Source of the DNA: Candidatus Baldrarchaeum yapensis
GTDB taxonomy: Archaea > Asgardarchaeota > Baldrarchaeia > Baldrarchaeales > Baldrarchaeaceae
Assembly: GCA_016840465.1 (NCBI GenBank)
Contig: JAEOSH010000006.1
Coordinates: forward strand, 2,886 to 66,885
Direction: 5' to 3'
Length of the DNA stretch: 64,000 nucleotides
Shown here in pieces: positions 40,066 through 50,092 of this stretch. A program made the position numbers and the translations under genes. Position 1 is the stretch's first letter, and the number at the start of each line of letters is the position of its first letter. Under the pieces are notes generated by a model. The model was not told the DNA's origin. It ran no database searches and saw nothing but the letters and a program-made list of their open reading frames with translations.

Positions 40066-41493
40066 TCACCCCCTCACCGGACGCGCTTTCCAGTAATAAA
40101 ATCTATAATCCGATTTCTGGTGAATAAGCCTAAATGTAACTTCCACCGGCATATCAACATCCAACTCTCCCATAAGAACATCAGTTACCTCCAGTAGTAC
40201 ACGTGTTCCATCTTCAAGATCTATCACAGCCTTTATTCCGGGATATACGCCGTCTCCGGGATAGCCCCCAGGTCCTAAGAGAAAATCATACGTATACGTG
40301 AATATTTTCCCCCTTCTTGCAAGTTTAACAATCTCATACTTGTCCTTTGCGCCGCAAATCCTGCAAACACGGGCAACAGGGTATGTAATTCTTCCGCACT
40401 CCTTGCATTTCATCCCGTAAAACGGCAATTCGAAGATCTCATCTCTCCAATAAGTTACCACCGACGCCTTGGCAGGCTCGGGCCACCTGCGATCTCTAAG
40501 CCTCTTAAAGTCCATATACAGCTCATACGTCGGTAATAACTTTTTAGATCTTATGTGCCCCTTAACCCCACGTCTTTTCTCATTGATGCTCTCTATTTCA
40601 TCTGTAACTTCTACATAAAAAGCCTCACATCCGTCCCCATACCCGGCACACAATATTCTATCACCGGGTTTTGCATCCTCCAGCGCCGCGGCAAGTAATA
40701 GCAATGCATGAGCGGCACCGGTGACTCCTACATCAGCAAATAGAAAGTCCTGAAGTTGGCTTTTCACATCAATGCCAATCGCAGATGCAGCTCTCACGTA
40801 CTGCCTGGGATCGTTTGCGTAAAATGCAATCTTGGAGAAATCTTTCAAACAGAGTCCGGCTTTCTCTAACAGCGCCTTAATCGTTTCACTGAGAACTCTA
40901 ACATAAACAACATTATCCGCTCTTGGGTCGAATTGCATAACGTACCTATCCTCAGACCTCCTCCATGTTCCAAGAATGGGCTCATTCAGCACATGAAACT
41001 CTTTAACTTCTGCAATTCCACGCTCTTTCCCCAATAAAAACGCCACTCCTGCATCACCATATATCTGCTCCTGTGCAGAGCCCGGAACCGGCAACCGACA
41101 ATCCGCAACAGTTACTAATACCCTTTTGCATCTCCCGGACTTTATAGCGTCCACCGCAGCCCTTATAGCCGTGATCCCGCACCTCAACGAAGATGTAAAA
41201 TCCGCAACCGACACATCTCTCCTCAAATCGAGCGCAGATGCTATTATTGTCGCGTTTTGCTTCTCTATGTAGGGAGGTGTAGTCGTCGCAAAATGCAACG
41301 CGTCTACGCCCCTTACGTCCAAATCAGAAATGCAATCTAGCCCCGCCTCGACCGCCATGGTGATGCTGTCTTCGTCCCAGCCCGCTACCGCTCTTTCGCC
41401 GCCCATTGATGGAATGCCGGTGGCTCTGGAAAGTTCGGTTCTACTTATCCTCCATATCGGAATATATGCGCCATAGGAAAGAATACCTACCAT
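40066..41493 (-). CDS. HMG-CoA synthase fused to a C-terminal DUF35 (Zn-ribbon/OB-fold) domain
   Basis: N-terminal 'VGILSYGAYIPIWRI…GWDEDSITMA…DCR' is HMGCS-like. The C-terminal 'CKECGRITYPVARVCRICG' Zn ribbon and OB fold resemble DUF35. The start is taken at the internal Met with a GGGG RBS (track ORF extends to 41571). Confidence 0.8.
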   Translation of the reverse strand: MVGILSYGAYIPIWRISRTELSRATGIPSMGGERAVAGWDEDSITMAVEAGLDCISDLDVRGVDALHFATTTPPYIEKQNATIIASALDLRRDVSVADFTSSLRCGITAIRAAVDAIKSGRCKRVLVTVADCRLPVPGSAQEQIYGDAGVAFLLGKERGIAEVKEFHVLNEPILGTWRRSEDRYVMQFDPRADNVVYVRVLSETIKALLEKAGLCLKDFSKIAFYANDPRQYVRAASAIGIDVKSQLQDFLFADVGVTGAAHALLLLAAALEDAKPGDRILCAGYGDGCEAFYVEVTDEIESINEKRRGVKGHIRSKKLLPTYELYMDFKRLRDRRWPEPAKASVVTYWRDEIFELPFYGMKCKECGRITYPVARVCRICGAKDKYEIVKLARRGKIFTYTYDFLLGPGGYPGDGVYPGIKAVIDLEDGTRVLLEVTDVLMGELDVDMPVEVTFRLIHQKSDYRFYYWKARPVRG

Positions 41494-41742
41494 GACAACC
41501 CCTCTCATCCATACATCGCCAGAAGACGAATATTTAAACATTTTCAGTTGACATGTGGTCTTAAATGGCAATAATGAAAAAATTTCCGGACAATATTTAC
41601 AATTCTTGCGGGCAAATCTCCGATGCTGTGAAATATCGAGGTAAAAATGGGGACATCTGAGATAAAAATTAAGTAATCGTAGAACAATAACTCCCTACTC
41701 ACAAAATTTCCGTCACGAGAAAAGATCTACGGAGCGATCACT

Positions 41743-42906
41743 GTGAAAGACAACGAAGGTATATTCCCATTGTATATCGGGCTCGCACTCGACTCCCTGG
41801 CTTGGAGCATCCTATGGATATTTACCCCGTTACACGTATTTCTACTTGGGGGTTCGTTGTTCATCATTGGAGTGATCTGTGCGCTTCCGCCTTTCGCATC
41901 CGTGGTAACGACACCAATCTGGGGGCATCTATCCGATAAAACGGGAGTAAGAAAGCCCTTCATAATACTGGGAACCGCGACATCGGGGCTCCTAGCACTA
42001 TTATACGCAATACTGACAGAACCCTTCCACTTCCTAGTACTCACACTTGCCATAATACCGTTTAATGTTGCATACTTCCCCGCAACATACGCTCTTCTCA
42101 CCGAAAGAGTGGAAATGAGGGGTGAGAGCCTCGGAAAGTGTGAGGCCTACACATCAGCGGGGTGGCTCATAGGAAGTCTCGTGGGGGGACTATGCGCCGA
42201 ATCCATGAACCTACAAGCAATCTTCATTATAGCGTCCGCCTCCGCAACCCTAGGTACACTGATAATACTATTCGGCCTCGAAGAACATCCAAAAAAGAGA
42301 AAACACAAAAACACCGAAAACATGACTTTCAAAGAAATACTAACCAGACCCCAGATGAAAACCCTATTCGCATTGCTGCTGATCATCTACACAGGAACAG
42401 CATCTTTTTCAACATTCTTCTCAATTTACTTCACCGAGACGATTGGGGGCAATTACGCACTTTTAGGAATTTCAAACGCACTTGCCACACTCTTCGGCAG
42501 TATCGTGTCTGTACCCTTAGGAAAAGCCGCAGACAAGATAGGAAGAAAGCCTATCATCCTATACAGCACTTTAGGATACGTGATACTATTCATACTTCTC
42601 ATAATCGTTCGTGATCCATACGCCGTTGCACTATTATGGGCAATACCTTTCTATGTTGGGATATATGTGGGCTTTGGAGCAATGGTCTCGGATATCACCT
42701 CAGAAGAGGAAAGAGCCCGAGGGATGTCAATATTAAGTATCTCGGTTAGCATAGGAAGTGGCTTAGGCGCAATAATAGGCGGCGCCTTGGGCCAGAATTT
42801 TGGCATCGACAAAAACCTGTACTTTGCAACACTCCTATCCTTATCTGCATTCCTGCTATGTACTACAATCTTAGAGGAAACATTAAAAACCCGTGCCGCC
42901 AGTTGA
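41743..42906 (+). CDS. MFS transporter
   Basis: 12 predicted TM helices with 'GHLSDKTGVRKP' and 'GKAADKIGRKP' loop motifs, the duplicated MFS signature. Confidence 0.75.
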   Translation: MKDNEGIFPLYIGLALDSLAWSILWIFTPLHVFLLGGSLFIIGVICALPPFASVVTTPIWGHLSDKTGVRKPFIILGTATSGLLALLYAILTEPFHFLVLTLAIIPFNVAYFPATYALLTERVEMRGESLGKCEAYTSAGWLIGSLVGGLCAESMNLQAIFIIASASATLGTLIILFGLEEHPKKRKHKNTENMTFKEILTRPQMKTLFALLLIIYTGTASFSTFFSIYFTETIGGNYALLGISNALATLFGSIVSVPLGKAADKIGRKPIILYSTLGYVILFILLIIVRDPYAVALLWAIPFYVGIYVGFGAMVSDITSEEERARGMSILSISVSIGSGLGAIIGGALGQNFGIDKNLYFATLLSLSAFLLCTTILEETLKTRAAS

Positions 42907-43113
42907 TGATCCTTCAAATTCAAAATTATCGCGAAGCCCCCTGCACAACTTAAAGCAAAATGTTCATCTGCTAATAAAATGTAAATGTATTAGAATCTGT
43001 ATTGCTAACCCTCAACTTCTAACAAGAATCGACTTGGTGAGGTTGTTGATTTCCGATAATGTAAAAAGCAGAATCGAAACATCAAGAACGAAACAAAAAG
43101 AGAATTTTCCGGT

Positions 43114-43942
43114 ATGGAATTTCCCATTAAAACTCAAAGGGAGATCATATGTCAACTTTCTGAACTCATGGAAGAAGACGATTCCATCTACACTTCGGAT
43201 GAATATGCAAGGAGAAGGGGCTTCGAAGCAGCAGTTGTCCCACCATCAATAATATTGTCCCTGCTGTCGTTGAAATTAAGGGACGCATTTTTAAAATACA
43301 TGCAAAAACTGATGGGATGGGGGCGAAGGGATTAATACATGTAGGATCAAACGTTGAGTTCCACAAACCACTCATCGCGGACAAGGAGTATAAGGTACTT
43401 ATGAAACTCAAGAACTTAAACGAAAAATTTTGAAAGAAGGGAACTTACCTGCTAATGTCTCTCGAAATATCAATTTTCGATGAAAAAGAAGAGATCATGT
43501 TGCGTGATGACCATAAGTTCTTCATTAAAATAGAGTGATGGGGAAAGCCTATGGAAAGGGGATCTTATAAGGAAATAAGGGTCGGAACATCAATTCCCCC
43601 GCTTAAAGTTACAATCGACAGGGATAAGTTGCTCAGGTACTGTGAAGTGACAAGAGAGGTAAACCCTATACATTTTGACGAAAATGCAGCAAAAATGCTC
43701 GGATTTGATGATATAGTTGTACAGGGAATTTTCACAATCGGCTTTTCCCGAAGATGCTTACTAGGTGGCTAGGAAGTCCGACATGTCTGAGAAGGATTGA
43801 AGTTCGCTTCACAGCACCGGTATATGCGGGAGATACCATCATCTTTCATGGTATTGTCAAAAATATTCTGCAAGAGAAAGGAAAGACCCTGTTAGAATGT
43901 GAAATATGGGCGGAAAAGGAGAGCGGCAAGAGGGTCATTTGA
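43114..43942 (+). pseudogene. degraded MaoC-like (R-specific enoyl-CoA hydratase, hot-dog fold) gene pair, broken by multiple frameshifts and stops
   Basis: Four ORF fragments in different frames. One is 'SIYTSDEYARRRGFEAAVVPPS' with 'HVGSNVEFHKPLIADKEYK' (N-terminal hot-dog). The other is 'EVNPIHFDENAAKMLGFDDIVVQGIFTIGF' with 'RFTAPVYAGDTIIFHG' (catalytic MaoC hot-dog). Confidence 0.5.
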
Positions 43943-44072
43943 GGGCGACGCGGAAGTGCTACTGGAAAAGCCTTGATGTAAGACCTATTGTATGCGTGAA
44001 AGTAATCCTCCAATGTACAAATAGTGCGAGAAATCTTGCATCACTTAGGGAATCCCTTAAAACTAAAAGTTC

Positions 44073-45359
44073 ATGAGAATTACTCGACAGCGAAGGTGTT
44101 CCATACTCAAAGGTAGTGGTACCATGGGGGCCGGAGATTTTAGAAGTGTGGAAGAACTCCTAAAGGCACATGGCAAACCTCCTAGAGAAGTATATCTCGA
44201 TTGTGAGAATTCTCCTTGGGTCCCTCCCGAAGTCATTGACGCGATGCTTCCGTACTTTAATACCATCGGATATGGAAACCCCTTGATAACACATAAGGCC
44301 GGTTGGGAAGCTTATGAGGCGTATAGAAGGGCCCTCATACAAATAGCTCGCCCGATAAATGCCGATCCCCAGCAATTCATCATCACCCACAGCGGGACTG
44401 AAGCAAACAATCTCGCAATCAAGGGGTATGTTCTCGCAAACAAAGATAAGGGAAGGAAAATAGTTGTATCGGAAATAGAGCATTTAAGCGTAATTTTCAC
44501 AGCGGAGTACCTTAAAAACTGCGGATTTGAGGTCGTTAAGGTTCCGGTCGACGCAGAGGGTTTCATAGATCTCGAAAAACTGGCGGATATTGTCGATAGA
44601 GAAACCATTCTCGTGAGTATTATGTTGGTCAATCACGAAATAGGGACAATAGAACCCCTCAGGGAGGCCGTGGAAGTAGTAAAGGACAAAAACCCTGATG
44701 TGGTCTTCCACACGGATGCTGCGGATGCGTACGGCAAAATAAAATTTGACGTGGAGAAACTTGGAGTTGATATGGTTTCACTAAGCGCCCGCAAAATTTA
44801 TGGGCCAAGAGGAGTAGGTGCGCTTTATGTAAGAGAGGGAATAAGGTTGGAAAAACTGATACATGGCCAAATAAGTATAGAGGAATTATGGCCGGGGGTC
44901 GAGAACGTACCGCTGGTTATGGGTTTCGCAAAAGCAAGTGAACTTATATTCAAAGATTTTGACAGGAACGTCAGCCACATGAGAAAACTAAGGGACATGC
45001 TCATAGACGGCATATTATCATCAATCCCGTACACTTTCCTTAATGGGCCAAAGGGGGATAGAAGAGCGCCGGATAACGTTAACATAAGCTTTCTCTACTG
45101 CGAAGGCGAGGCCATGGTGATAGAGTTAAGCACGCACGGAGTTTATGTATCCAGTGGAAGCGCGTGTGCAAGCCGAATGTTGGAACCAAGTCACGTTCTC
45201 CTCGCCATAGGGCGAAAATTTGAAGAAGTGCACGGAAGTCTGCTGATGAAGGTGACGCCATATCACACAGTTGAAGATATAAAGTACGTATTAGAAGTAT
45301 TGCCGAAGGCGGTAGAAAGAATAAGGAGTATAAGTGCACTTAAGCCCGAAGGTGATTGA
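44073..45359 (+). CDS. iscS: cysteine desulfurase (class V aminotransferase, IscS/NifS-like)
   Basis: 'HSGTEANNLAIKG', the PLP-Lys region 'SLSARKIYGPRGVGALYV' and the catalytic loop 'SSGSACAS'. It is followed directly by iscU. Confidence 0.85.
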   Translation: MRITRQRRCSILKGSGTMGAGDFRSVEELLKAHGKPPREVYLDCENSPWVPPEVIDAMLPYFNTIGYGNPLITHKAGWEAYEAYRRALIQIARPINADPQQFIITHSGTEANNLAIKGYVLANKDKGRKIVVSEIEHLSVIFTAEYLKNCGFEVVKVPVDAEGFIDLEKLADIVDRETILVSIMLVNHEIGTIEPLREAVEVVKDKNPDVVFHTDAADAYGKIKFDVEKLGVDMVSLSARKIYGPRGVGALYVREGIRLEKLIHGQISIEELWPGVENVPLVMGFAKASELIFKDFDRNVSHMRKLRDMLIDGILSSIPYTFLNGPKGDRRAPDNVNISFLYCEGEAMVIELSTHGVYVSSGSACASRMLEPSHVLLAIGRKFEEVHGSLLMKVTPYHTVEDIKYVLEVLPKAVERIRSISALKPEGD

Positions 45360-45875
45360 ATGCCAACGAAAAGGATCCCACTTCCCTATAGCCCAAAGGT
45401 GTTAGAATACTTCAGAAACCCCAAAAATTTGGGCCCGCTCGAAGATGCAAGCGTTGTTGCGATGGCAGGTAGTCCCGCGTGCGGCGATATGATCGCAATA
45501 TACCTCAAAGTCAACGACGAAAGCGAAATCATAGAAAAAGCAACATTCGAAAGCTACGGGTGTGCAGCCAACATAGCGGCAGCGAGTGTCATGACAGAAA
45601 TGATAACGGGCAAGACGCTAAAGGAAGCTTGGAATCTTACATGGAAGGACTTGTCCGATGCATTGGGCGGCCTCCCCTCTATAAAGTTTCACTGTGGAAT
45701 ACTCGCGGTTGGGGCTTTACGCAGAGCAATAAGAGAGTACTATAGGAAAAAGGGTAAAAATCCCGACTGGTTGCCTGAGGATCTTACAAAAGAAGAAAAA
45801 ATGGCGCTCGAGGAGGAAGAACTGGTAAAACGGTTGCAAAAACGATACGAGAGAATGCTGAAACGGGGTGAATGA
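45360..45875 (+). CDS. iscU: IscU/NifU-type Fe–S cluster scaffold protein with a C-terminal extension
   Basis: 'AGSPACGDMI', 'FESYGCAANIAAAS' and 'KFHCGILA' give the three conserved Cys contexts. Confidence 0.8.
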   Translation: MPTKRIPLPYSPKVLEYFRNPKNLGPLEDASVVAMAGSPACGDMIAIYLKVNDESEIIEKATFESYGCAANIAAASVMTEMITGKTLKEAWNLTWKDLSDALGGLPSIKFHCGILAVGALRRAIREYYRKKGKNPDWLPEDLTKEEKMALEEEELVKRLQKRYERMLKRGE

Positions 45876-45878
45876 CAA

Positions 45879-46151
45879 GTGGGCCTAGTGGACGAGTTTG
45901 TGAAGAATTACACGAAGAGTTGTACTGCGGAAACGACGTATACCGTTACGCTCAAGTGGGACAAGATTGATGACGCCTATCGGAGAATCTTAAGTAAGGG
46001 TAAGGTTATTTCAAAGATGCCCATGTTAACCCGCGTCGTCTACGAAGGTGTGGAGATAACGCTTTTCAGAACGGGAAAAATGGTTATTAAAAAACTTGGT
46101 GATCGCGATATAAGGGAATTTTTGGAGAATCTTCTCTCGGATAGCGGCTGA
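45879..46151 (+). CDS. hypothetical small protein (90 aa)
   Basis: ORF only, 4 nt downstream of iscU, so possibly co-transcribed. Confidence 0.3.
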   Translation: MGLVDEFVKNYTKSCTAETTYTVTLKWDKIDDAYRRILSKGKVISKMPMLTRVVYEGVEITLFRTGKMVIKKLGDRDIREFLENLLSDSG

Positions 46152-46194
46152 CTTTTCAAGAAATCATTAAATTATCCGTGGCGACTATTTCTCA

Positions 46195-47025
46195 GTGGGG
46201 AGAAGTATGTGTGACTGGTGCATTAAGCACGGAGAAGGTAAACTATGGTATTTAAACGCGAAAAACTACGCCAGAAAAATGTATCGAGAGAGAAAAAGAG
46301 CGGAACTTACCGGAAAGGTGGAATTTGATCCGCTCAAATTAATAATGGAGCAGCTTGAGAACGCACTTAAGTATTACGGCACCGAACGCTGGCCAACCAT
46401 AAAAAAGCAAATAGAAAACTTCTGCCACGCGGTGCACTTTGGCCAGGTGGTGCCACTTGAAGACCTAAAAGCGATCCTTGACATCGCATGGCCTATTGCG
46501 AGAATAACATGCGCATGTAGACGCATGGTTTATGGACTTGAAGATGAAGAGAACTTCTACTGTTTCGGGATAGGCGTCGGGATGTATAAGTGGGAGCGCT
46601 GGCCCGAAAATTACAGAGGTGGTGTGGAGTTCATATCCCCCGATGAGGCCAAGAGGCTTGTGGAGGAGTTCAACAAAAAGGGACTTGTGCACACAATTTG
46701 GGTTTTCGGAACTCCCTACATAGGAGGAATATGCAACTGTGAATACCCCGTTTGTCTCGGAATAAGAAACCGTGTGGACTACGGGATCAAAATATTACTA
46801 AAGGGACATTACGTAGCGGTTCTGGATCCGGAAAAGTGCAACGGTTGTAGAAGATGTGTAGCGAGATGCCAATTCGGGGCGATAAAATACTCCCCCAGCA
46901 TGAATAAAGTTGTCATAGATATGAAGAAGTGCTTCGGATGCGGGTTGTGTGTCACCGCCTGTCCTCGTGGAGCAATCAGACTTGAAAGGAGAGAGAAGTT
47001 CCCAGCAATAGCGAATGACTGGTAG
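46195..47025 (+). CDS. Fe–S protein with an N-terminal Cys-rich domain and a C-terminal 2x[4Fe-4S] ferredoxin domain
   Basis: 'CNGCRRCVARCQFGAI' and 'CFGCGLCVTACPRGAI', plus N-terminal CDWC, CAC and CNC motifs. Confidence 0.5.
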   Translation: MGRSMCDWCIKHGEGKLWYLNAKNYARKMYRERKRAELTGKVEFDPLKLIMEQLENALKYYGTERWPTIKKQIENFCHAVHFGQVVPLEDLKAILDIAWPIARITCACRRMVYGLEDEENFYCFGIGVGMYKWERWPENYRGGVEFISPDEAKRLVEEFNKKGLVHTIWVFGTPYIGGICNCEYPVCLGIRNRVDYGIKILLKGHYVAVLDPEKCNGCRRCVARCQFGAIKYSPSMNKVVIDMKKCFGCGLCVTACPRGAIRLERREKFPAIANDW

Positions 47026-47265
47026 GTGAACCGGATGCCGATAAGGATAGAAGTGGACACCGAGAAATGTGGAAACGCAATGGAGTGCAAGATTTGTCTC
47101 AGAGTTTGTCCTCAGAGAGTTTTTATGATGTTCCCAAGCACCTATGAGAAGTACAAGTTATCAGAGAGGTTTTATATACGCCCGGTCCATGCAGTTGCCT
47201 GCGTGCTTTGTAATTTATGTGTGGAAAAATGTCCTAAGGGCGCAATAAGGATAATAACGCAGTAG
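47026..47265 (+). CDS. 2x[4Fe-4S] ferredoxin
   Basis: 'CGNAMECKICLRVCP' and 'CVLCNLCVEKCPKGAI'. Its start abuts the stop of the preceding gene. Confidence 0.65.
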   Translation: MNRMPIRIEVDTEKCGNAMECKICLRVCPQRVFMMFPSTYEKYKLSERFYIRPVHAVACVLCNLCVEKCPKGAIRIITQ

Positions 47266-47847
47266 GTGAGACATATGACCACAGAGGGGGAATTATACGA
47301 CTATTATCTGCCGGATGAGTTATTAGCCACAATAAGGGAAAAATTCGACGTGAAAACTCTGGTGAGGGAACTTGTGGAAAAATGCAGAGGAAAAGACCCA
47401 ACGGAGATCGAAAAACTGGCATCTCAAATTTTAGGCGAAAGGTTGAAGGAATCCATTAAGGCGGCGATAGAGGTGGGGGAAAAGGTACTGGACAGGACCG
47501 CAGAGTGGATTTACAAGGTGGCCCAGAAGACCGGAATAAGGTTTCCGAGTGTACCTCAAAGATTCATAGAAGCCCATTTTATGGCAGCAAGAAAAAATGA
47601 TAAATATGAAATACGCGCCAGTACACCATCTTTTATGGAATTTGAAGTCAAAAGATGTGAAATTTTTGATTTGCTGAGAAAATCTCTTGGCGATGATGCA
47701 ATGAGGTCAATGCCTTGTCGCTATGGATGCATATTAGCATCAAAAACGTTATTCGAAGCGCTAAAATTTGATGTAGAGATACTAAGACATTCTGAGATGT
47801 CCAAGGACGGAAAATGCAGAATAGAAATTAAGTTGAAGAGTGGTTAA
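47266..47847 (+). CDS. hypothetical protein (193 aa), third gene of the Fe–S cassette
   Basis: ORF only. Its start abuts the ferredoxin stop. Confidence 0.35.
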   Translation: MRHMTTEGELYDYYLPDELLATIREKFDVKTLVRELVEKCRGKDPTEIEKLASQILGERLKESIKAAIEVGEKVLDRTAEWIYKVAQKTGIRFPSVPQRFIEAHFMAARKNDKYEIRASTPSFMEFEVKRCEIFDLLRKSLGDDAMRSMPCRYGCILASKTLFEALKFDVEILRHSEMSKDGKCRIEIKLKSG

Positions 47848-47869
47848 AAAGAAAGGAGCAAATAACAAT

Positions 47870-49510
47870 TTACTCCAACTTTAGTGTCTTGTACTGCTCT
47901 ATAAGTTTCATTACATCTATTTTTCCGGTTCCGGTTTTTGGAAGTGACTCAACGAATATGAATCTATCAGGTATCCACCACTTCGCGACTTTGCCCTCTT
48001 CCGACAGTTTCAGCATGAAATTCCTCATCTCATCCTCAGTTATCTTATCTTTATATTCGGGCTTCGGAACTATTACTGCAATAGGCCTTTCTCCCCATTT
48101 CTCGTGAGGTACGGGAATCACCGCTACCTCAGAAACCGCAGGATGTGTGCTTAGCAGGTCTTCTAATATCAATGGAGATATCCATTCTCCTCCACTCTTT
48201 ATCACGAACTTCAATCTTCCAACTATCTGTATGTATCCATCCTCGTCCCAGACACCAACGTCACCCGTATGCAGCCATCCGTCCTTCCATAACTCTCTCG
48301 TCTTTTCAGGGTCCTTATAATACTCGCGTGTGCACCATGGTGCCCGTACTACAATCTCTCCGACAGTCTTTCCATCTTTAGGTACTTCTTCTCCCTTCTC
48401 ATTCACAACCCTTACCTTTACTAATGGGAATGGAATTCCCGTCTTAAGTGTGACTTCAAATTTCTTATCCTCCGGCCATTCAAGCATGTGTTCCTTATAT
48501 CCGGCAATTGTGAGTGCTGGGCACGTTTCAGAGAGTCCGTATGCGGAAATTACCTTCATTCCCAGTTCTCTAGCCCGCTTGGCTAATCCTCTTGGAAGGG
48601 CTGCACCTCCAATTATCATTTTCAGTCTTGAGAACACGTCTCTATATTCTTCGGCTTTTGGATGATAAACTAGCGCATGTAGGATTGTTGGTACGCCATA
48701 TGTATAGGTGACGCCTTCCTTTCGCATAAGCTCGAGTATTAAGTCCCATTCGTATCTACCAGGTAAAACGAACTTTACTCCCATAAAGGCCGCGGTGTAT
48801 GGCATACCCCAAGAGTGTACATGGAAGAACGGTACAAGTGGCATTACTACATCTTGAGAAGTCAGATTAAATTCTCCGGGGAAGAGCGACGCAAGTCCAA
48901 GAGCCAACGAATGTAACGTTATTTGTCTGTGCGTGAAGATGACTCCCTTTGGAAGTCCCGTGGTTCCTGATGTGTAGAAGAGTGTAGCATCGGTGTTTTC
49001 ATCCAAATCAGGGAATTCATAGTCAGGCGATGCTTCCTTAACAAGTGATTCATAATCATAAGCGGGTTCTAGCTTAGTTTCCGGAAACGTTCCAGTATCC
49101 GATGTAATTATAAATGCTTTCAGGCTCTTGGGAAGCATATCCTTTACTCTTTCGACTATTGGCAGGAATTCGTCCCTTATTACAAGAACATCATCCTCGG
49201 CATGCTTCATGGTATACAGGAGGTGTTCTGGGGGCAAACGCAGGTTTATGGTGTGGAGTATAGCGCCCATCATAGGAACCGCAAAGTACAACTCAAGGTA
49301 CCTATGTGTGTCCCAGTCGAGTACTGCTACTTTCGTCCCTCTTTTAACCCCGATCTCCTCGAGTGCGTTTGCAAGTCTCTTTATTCTCTCGTAAAACTGG
49401 GACCAAGTATACCTAACAAGGTCTCTATATACAACCTCTTTATTTGGTGCCCGATTAATACCCCACTCGAGGAGGTTTTTTATTATCAACTGGTAGTTGT
49501 ACGCACTCAA
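47870..49510 (-). CDS. AMP-forming acyl-CoA synthetase (fatty-acid–CoA ligase family)
   Basis: 'LFYTSGTTGLPKGV' (AMP-binding motif), 'WHTGD' and a C-terminal 'GKI' lysine region. Confidence 0.85.
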   Translation of the reverse strand: MSAYNYQLIIKNLLEWGINRAPNKEVVYRDLVRYTWSQFYERIKRLANALEEIGVKRGTKVAVLDWDTHRYLELYFAVPMMGAILHTINLRLPPEHLLYTMKHAEDDVLVIRDEFLPIVERVKDMLPKSLKAFIITSDTGTFPETKLEPAYDYESLVKEASPDYEFPDLDENTDATLFYTSGTTGLPKGVIFTHRQITLHSLALGLASLFPGEFNLTSQDVVMPLVPFFHVHSWGMPYTAAFMGVKFVLPGRYEWDLILELMRKEGVTYTYGVPTILHALVYHPKAEEYRDVFSRLKMIIGGAALPRGLAKRARELGMKVISAYGLSETCPALTIAGYKEHMLEWPEDKKFEVTLKTGIPFPLVKVRVVNEKGEEVPKDGKTVGEIVVRAPWCTREYYKDPEKTRELWKDGWLHTGDVGVWDEDGYIQIVGRLKFVIKSGGEWISPLILEDLLSTHPAVSEVAVIPVPHEKWGERPIAVIVPKPEYKDKITEDEMRNFMLKLSEEGKVAKWWIPDRFIFVESLPKTGTGKIDVMKLIEQYKTLKLE

Positions 49511-49645
49511 GCGAACTCCCTCACTCTGTGATTCATGACGATGTAAAGCTAATTATGAATTATAAATTTTCCGGGGAAAACATAATATACGGATTTAGCT
49601 AACGCCATGCGATCTACAACATAATATTGTCGAAGAACTATCAAT

Positions 49646-50071
49646 CTACTGGAGGAAGTCTTTGAGCACCTCTCGTATTCTTTCTGCGTACTTCTCTCTT
49701 TCTTCAAGGCTTATCTTCTCCCTATTGACAATCTTGAGACTAACACCCCTATATCTGGGTATTACGTGGAAGTGGAAGTGAAATACCTCCTGCCCACCAC
49801 CCCTCTCATTCGTCTGGAAGAAACTCAATCCATCAGCGTTAAGAGCCTTACGCGCGGCCATTCCTATTCTTTTCGCCATTACAATGACATATGCGAGAAG
49901 GTCATCAGGAACCTCATATATATTCTCATAATGTTGCTTTGTCACAACAAGCAGATGACCGGGTGATGCTGGTGCCATGTCCATAAATGCAACTATTTTA
50001 TCGTCTTCGTAGACGAATGCAGCCTCCGCCTCTTTCCTTACTATTTTACAGAAGATGCAACCCTCCGACAA
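49646..50071 (-). CDS. HIT-family nucleotide hydrolase
   Basis: 'CIFCKI' and the histidine triad 'HFHFHVIP'. Confidence 0.8.
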   Translation of the reverse strand: MSEGCIFCKIVRKEAEAAFVYEDDKIVAFMDMAPASPGHLLVVTKQHYENIYEVPDDLLAYVIVMAKRIGMAARKALNADGLSFFQTNERGGGQEVFHFHFHVIPRYRGVSLKIVNREKISLEEREKYAERIREVLKDFLQ

Positions 50072-50092
50072 CTACATCACCCGCACAAAATC

